Source of the DNA: Longimicrobiales bacterium
GTDB taxonomy: Bacteria > Gemmatimonadota > Gemmatimonadetes > Longimicrobiales > Gaopeijiaceae
DNA length: 64,000 bases
NCBI GenBank assembly: GCA_965238005.1
Contig: OZ250165.1
Location: 4,544,001-4,608,000, forward strand
Direction of reading: 5' to 3'
Each line of letters begins with the position of its first letter. Position 1 is the stretch's first letter. The position numbers and the translations under genes are program-made. Below are positions 58,687-64,000 of this stretch, piece by piece. Below the pieces are notes generated by a model. It was not told where the DNA came from, searched no databases, and saw only the letters and a program-made list of their open reading frames with translations.

Positions 58687-59157
58687 GTGATGATTGAGGG
58701 GACGGGGAGACTGGAGGCCATCTGGCTCAAGGTGTCACGAGGCGGTCCAATGGACTCCGTGGATGAGGCAGTTGCCGTCGACGGTCGCGGCCTGGAAGAA
58801 AACGCCGACTTCGACAGCCGGCGCCACGTCACGCTCATAGAGGAGGAGGTCTTCGAGGGCCTCAAGAGCGAGCTGAGCGAAGACGTGGAGCCGAGCATGC
58901 GTCGCGCTAACTTCCTCCTGAGCGGGATTCGCCTGGAGGATACCGTCGACCGGGTCCTGGTTGTGGGCGATCTCCGTATCCGGATCAGGGGCGAGACCCG
59001 GCCCTGCATGATCATGGATCGGGCCTGCCCGGGCCTTAAGGACGCGCTTGCACCCGATTGGAGAGGCGGCGCCCACGGAAGCGTCTTGAACGATGCCACC
59101 GTGCGCATCGGTGATGAAGTCAGTTGGGAGAACGGTCTCGATCTTGTCGCCGGATGA
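58687..59157 (+). CDS. MOSC domain protein
   Basis: RHVTLI, RRAN, ETRPC, RGG, VRIGD. Confidence 0.85.
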   Translation: MMIEGTGRLEAIWLKVSRGGPMDSVDEAVAVDGRGLEENADFDSRRHVTLIEEEVFEGLKSELSEDVEPSMRRANFLLSGIRLEDTVDRVLVVGDLRIRIRGETRPCMIMDRACPGLKDALAPDWRGGAHGSVLNDATVRIGDEVSWENGLDLVAG

Positions 59158-59226
59158 CGCCCGAGAAGGAGGTGCCGAGGCAGGCTCGGGGGAGCGTTCC
59201 GTGAAGCCTCATCCTACGACACTCTC

Positions 59227-60009
59227 CTATCGGACCTCGACCCGACTTCGCGCCATTCCGCTGTTCGCCTTCCCGGTGTCCACCGCCAGAACCACCAGGT
59301 CGTATTGTCCCGCCTCGGATGCTGTGAGCGACCCTACATACGTGCTGCGCTCCCCGGCGTACCGGAGTGTCGCGTCGGCCACGATGGCGTCGCCGCGGAG
59401 GAGCCGTGCAGTGATGGACATCTGATCCGCGTCCCACATTCCGCCGGGCTCCGTCGGGCACCCGCAAAGCATCGTGACTTTGGCCCGCACCTCGAACGGC
59501 GATCCGGTGTTCGGGCGACCGTCGTCTCCGGGGCGCTCGATGACGACGGTGAAGCCGTAGAGGTTCAGGACTAAGCCCTCTCCCAGAAAGTCCTCTCCCG
59601 GAAGCATGAGGACCGTCTTGCTGGCCCGCCGTAGGGCCTGCTCGGTCCCGAGGGGACCCTCGGCCACCACCTCCACGAGCGTCGGCTCGTCGAGTGACAG
59701 GGTGGCGAGGAAGTGGGCCGCCCCATCGGTCCCGAAGACCTTGGATCCGCGCTTCCGGGGGGCGACCATGATCGAGTTCGTGTCCCCGGTGGAGCCCTTC
59801 TGCTCTCCTTCCGCGAGTACCTGTCCGGTCCGAGCGTCGCGGATAGTGATCCGTGCTCCACCAACTCCCGACCCGATCACCTTGGCGTCGTTTGCCACGG
59901 CCCTGACGAGCAGGCGGGTCGGAATTTGAGCAGCGAGGGGCCACGGCACTGCCATCGTCGCGGCTATCACGAGGAAGGCCCCCGCGAGGCCTAGGTGTTT
60001 CGTCCTCAT
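59227..60009 (-). CDS. Secreted hypothetical protein
   Basis: Signal peptide, AGGAG SD, beta-rich, MLCGCP motif. Confidence 0.75.
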   Translation of the reverse strand: MRTKHLGLAGAFLVIAATMAVPWPLAAQIPTRLLVRAVANDAKVIGSGVGGARITIRDARTGQVLAEGEQKGSTGDTNSIMVAPRKRGSKVFGTDGAAHFLATLSLDEPTLVEVVAEGPLGTEQALRRASKTVLMLPGEDFLGEGLVLNLYGFTVVIERPGDDGRPNTGSPFEVRAKVTMLCGCPTEPGGMWDADQMSITARLLRGDAIVADATLRYAGERSTYVGSLTASEAGQYDLVVLAVDTGKANSGMARSRVEVR

Positions 60010-60106
60010 TCCCGTACTCCTTTCATACCTTCTTCGGCCGGAATCGACCTACTCCAAGGACGCGAGCTCTCCATCGGCGACGGGCCGTGCGCCCGGTCGC
60101 CCGCCC

Positions 60107-62052
<1,946 letters not shown>

Positions 62053-62292
62053 TTTACGCCGAAAGATAATCGAGTTCAGCGCTCGCAGGCAATTCGACGC
62101 CCGCCGCGGCCGGCTCGCTCCGGCTCCGCTCGCTGTGTGGCGGCAAGTCCGGGGGCGCGGCGCTCCGGAAGGGAGTCAGCTCAGGGACGGGGGGGAGGGG
62201 ACGGTGGATCCCCTGTGGAGCCGCTCTCGGGGGGGGGTGGGAATCGGAGGGGCGTCGAGCAAGACGGTCCTCGTCCTCCGATTTCAAGGCGT

Positions 62293-62541
62293 TTGACCGG
62301 CGCCGCCCTGGAGGAGCTCGCCGAGGTGGAGCAGGCCCTGGTGACCAAGACGGAGGGCAGCTACCAGACACCCATGCTGGTCGATCAGCTGACGTACCTG
62401 TACGGGATGACGTCAGGGGCCGATCAGAGACCCGGCGGGGACGCCTACGAGCGACTGCACGTGCTGGAGCAGGAGCTGGAGAGCCATATCGAGACGCTAC
62501 AGCGCATCATGCAGACGATCATCGCTGAAGACCTCCAGTAG
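62293..62541 (+). pseudogene. Orphan C-terminal fragment resembling the tail of large BNR/VPS10 glycosyl-hydrolase-like proteins
   Basis: SYQTPMLVDQLTYLYGMTSGADQRPGGDAYERL; coding-like codon bias only from about 62300. Confidence 0.55.
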
Positions 62542-62562
62542 CTGAAGACCGGTGGCCGAAGA

Positions 62563-63027
62563 CTACTGGGTCGCGAAGATGAAAGTGTAGGTCTCGCCCA
62601 GCTCGAACTTGGCGTTGTTCGGAATCAGGTCCATGAGGGCCACCCCGAGAGCCAGATCCGAGGTGGTGATGGAGATGCCGATGAGGCCCCGCACCGAGGG
62701 ATAGCCGGGCATCCCGCTGGGGAGGATCCAGTTCTCCCAATCGAGCTGGTACCGCTCGCGATCGAAGGAGAAGCCGCCCGGCAGCATATCGACCAACTCC
62801 GGGGGTACGACGCCTGCGTCGGTGTCGTTCGGCCAAGGGTTGTTCTCGATGGACAGGCGCGTCGCGGCTTCCTCCACGACGCTGAACGACGCCCTCACCT
62901 CAGTGGCCCGGGCCCTCGTGAGGACCTCCTGCATCTGCGGCATCGCGATGCGAGTCAGGACGCTCACGATCATCATGATCGTGACTGCTTCGACGATCGT
63001 GAAACCGCGCCGCCGCTTCGGGTCCAT
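62563..63027 (-). CDS. Type IV pilin/pseudopilin-like protein
   Basis: Class III signal RRRG|FTIVE followed by hydrophobic helix and IAMP. Confidence 0.85.
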   Translation of the reverse strand: MDPKRRRGFTIVEAVTIMMIVSVLTRIAMPQMQEVLTRARATEVRASFSVVEEAATRLSIENNPWPNDTDAGVVPPELVDMLPGGFSFDRERYQLDWENWILPSGMPGYPSVRGLIGISITTSDLALGVALMDLIPNNAKFELGETYTFIFATQ

Positions 63028-63599
63028 CAGTCGAGCACCCCGAGCTCGAGGATGTTCGCGCCGTCGCCCACGAAGACATCGATGGGCTCTACGGACGAGT
63101 AGGAGAGGATCACCCGGGAAGTTCTCCCCAGGATCCTGTAATCTCGGTCGGTGAGTCGAATGTACTCCATGCCCCGGAACACCGGGCCGGCATCGTCAAG
63201 CTCCAGGGGCACACGCCCCGTATCGAGCCGATACTGCTCGATCTTTTGGGCCTGGAAGTACATGACGAGCCTCAGTGTCGCCTCCTCCTGCTCGGTAGGG
63301 GGCGGCCCCGGAGTCTGGATGCGCAGGACACTGGGCGGCCAGCGCCAGATCCATACGGAGATGGCCGTGACGACGACCAGGGCCACATGCCTGATGCCGT
63401 ACCCCTGCCTCCGTACGAGGGCATGGCGAGTCGCCTCCTCCCGCTCGGCCTTCTGGCTCTGCTCCCGCATGACGGCAGCCAGCACGGCGTCGCGCTCGCT
63501 GGCCTGGCTGATCTCCACCTCGGAGACGTCAGCTCCCTCGGGCGGTGCTTCCGCCTCTTCCGGCTGAGTCCTCGGGTCGTCGGGCCTGTCCGGCTCCAT
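63027..63599 (-). CDS. Hypothetical single-TM protein with pseudopilin-like C-terminal region
   Basis: Acidic N-term, TM helix, IEQYRLDTGRVP; stop overlaps the pilin ATG. Confidence 0.7.
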   Translation of the reverse strand: MEPDRPDDPRTQPEEAEAPPEGADVSEVEISQASERDAVLAAVMREQSQKAEREEATRHALVRRQGYGIRHVALVVVTAISVWIWRWPPSVLRIQTPGPPPTEQEEATLRLVMYFQAQKIEQYRLDTGRVPLELDDAGPVFRGMEYIRLTDRDYRILGRTSRVILSYSSVEPIDVFVGDGANILELGVLD

Positions 63600-63724
63600 C
63601 CGTCGCCTCGTCCACGGTGTCAGACTAAAACGCCACCCCCGAGCCCATGATCTCCATGGCCCAAGGGGCAGCATCCCCAATTAAAGATAAACACTGGAAA
63701 CCCCCTACGCACCAGAGTTTTTTC

Positions 63725-63908
63725 CTATGAGACCAACGGCTTGTACTGATGCGATGAGGCTGGTCCGCCTCGGCACCGGGGCCCCGCCGCCGGTCCTCTT
63801 CGTACTCCTGGTAGTTTCCTTCGAACCATATCGCCTTGCTGTCGCCCTCGAAGGCCAGAATATGCGTCGCGATTCCTTCATGACGTAGATGAACAGCTCG
63901 TTGCTCAT
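63725..63908 (-). pseudogene. ettA: ABC-F translation factor EttA remnant (both termini only)
   Basis: MSNELFIYVMK joined to IATHILAFEGDS..WFEGNYQEYE..QPHRI, then a 1-nt shift to YKPLVS*. Confidence 0.85.
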
Positions 63909-64000
63909 CCCAGGGAGCCTTCCCTAGCTCACACGGAGGTTGCGAACTCGCACCGGGGGGCACGAATCTAAGCCGCGACGGACTGGACCTCTACATGCTC

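Noticed and set aside
62185..62255. G-run cluster as a pilin-variation G-quadruplex
   Set aside because: It lies downstream of the pilin with no silent cassettes visible; G-runs are expected at this GC content.

Overview
This is a high-GC bacterial chromosomal window. Gene content (DUF5916 proteins, a MacB-like permease remnant, an AEIKTT-type kinase remnant) suggests Gemmatimonadota, but that is inference. Intact genes include the gyrA-type 3' end, queE, queG, lat, thiC with a TPP riboswitch, a Tat-exported xanthine-dehydrogenase-family molybdoenzyme, a Ser/Thr kinase-FHA-PP2C cluster, and a GltD-like/korAB/MOSC operon. There is also a self-contained 8-gene accessory type II fatty-acid synthase operon (ER, FabH, FabA, FabZ, KAS, atypical ACP, acyltransferase, PPTase). 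The most striking window-wide signal is gene erosion: about a dozen remnants. Six loci keep 5' and 3' parts but have lost the middle (proline dehydrogenase, guaA, ettA, a TrkA-type channel, iorAB, a norCB-like pair), and several still read through to the native stop and stay coupled to the next gene. Non-coding candidates are a probable 6S RNA, a MITE-like element, an RBS-sequestering hairpin before a DUF222-HNH gene, and a dyad motif found twice at deletion scars. No CRISPR array, rRNA, tRNA, intact transposase or integrase was seen. All calls come from motif recognition by eye; no searches were run.
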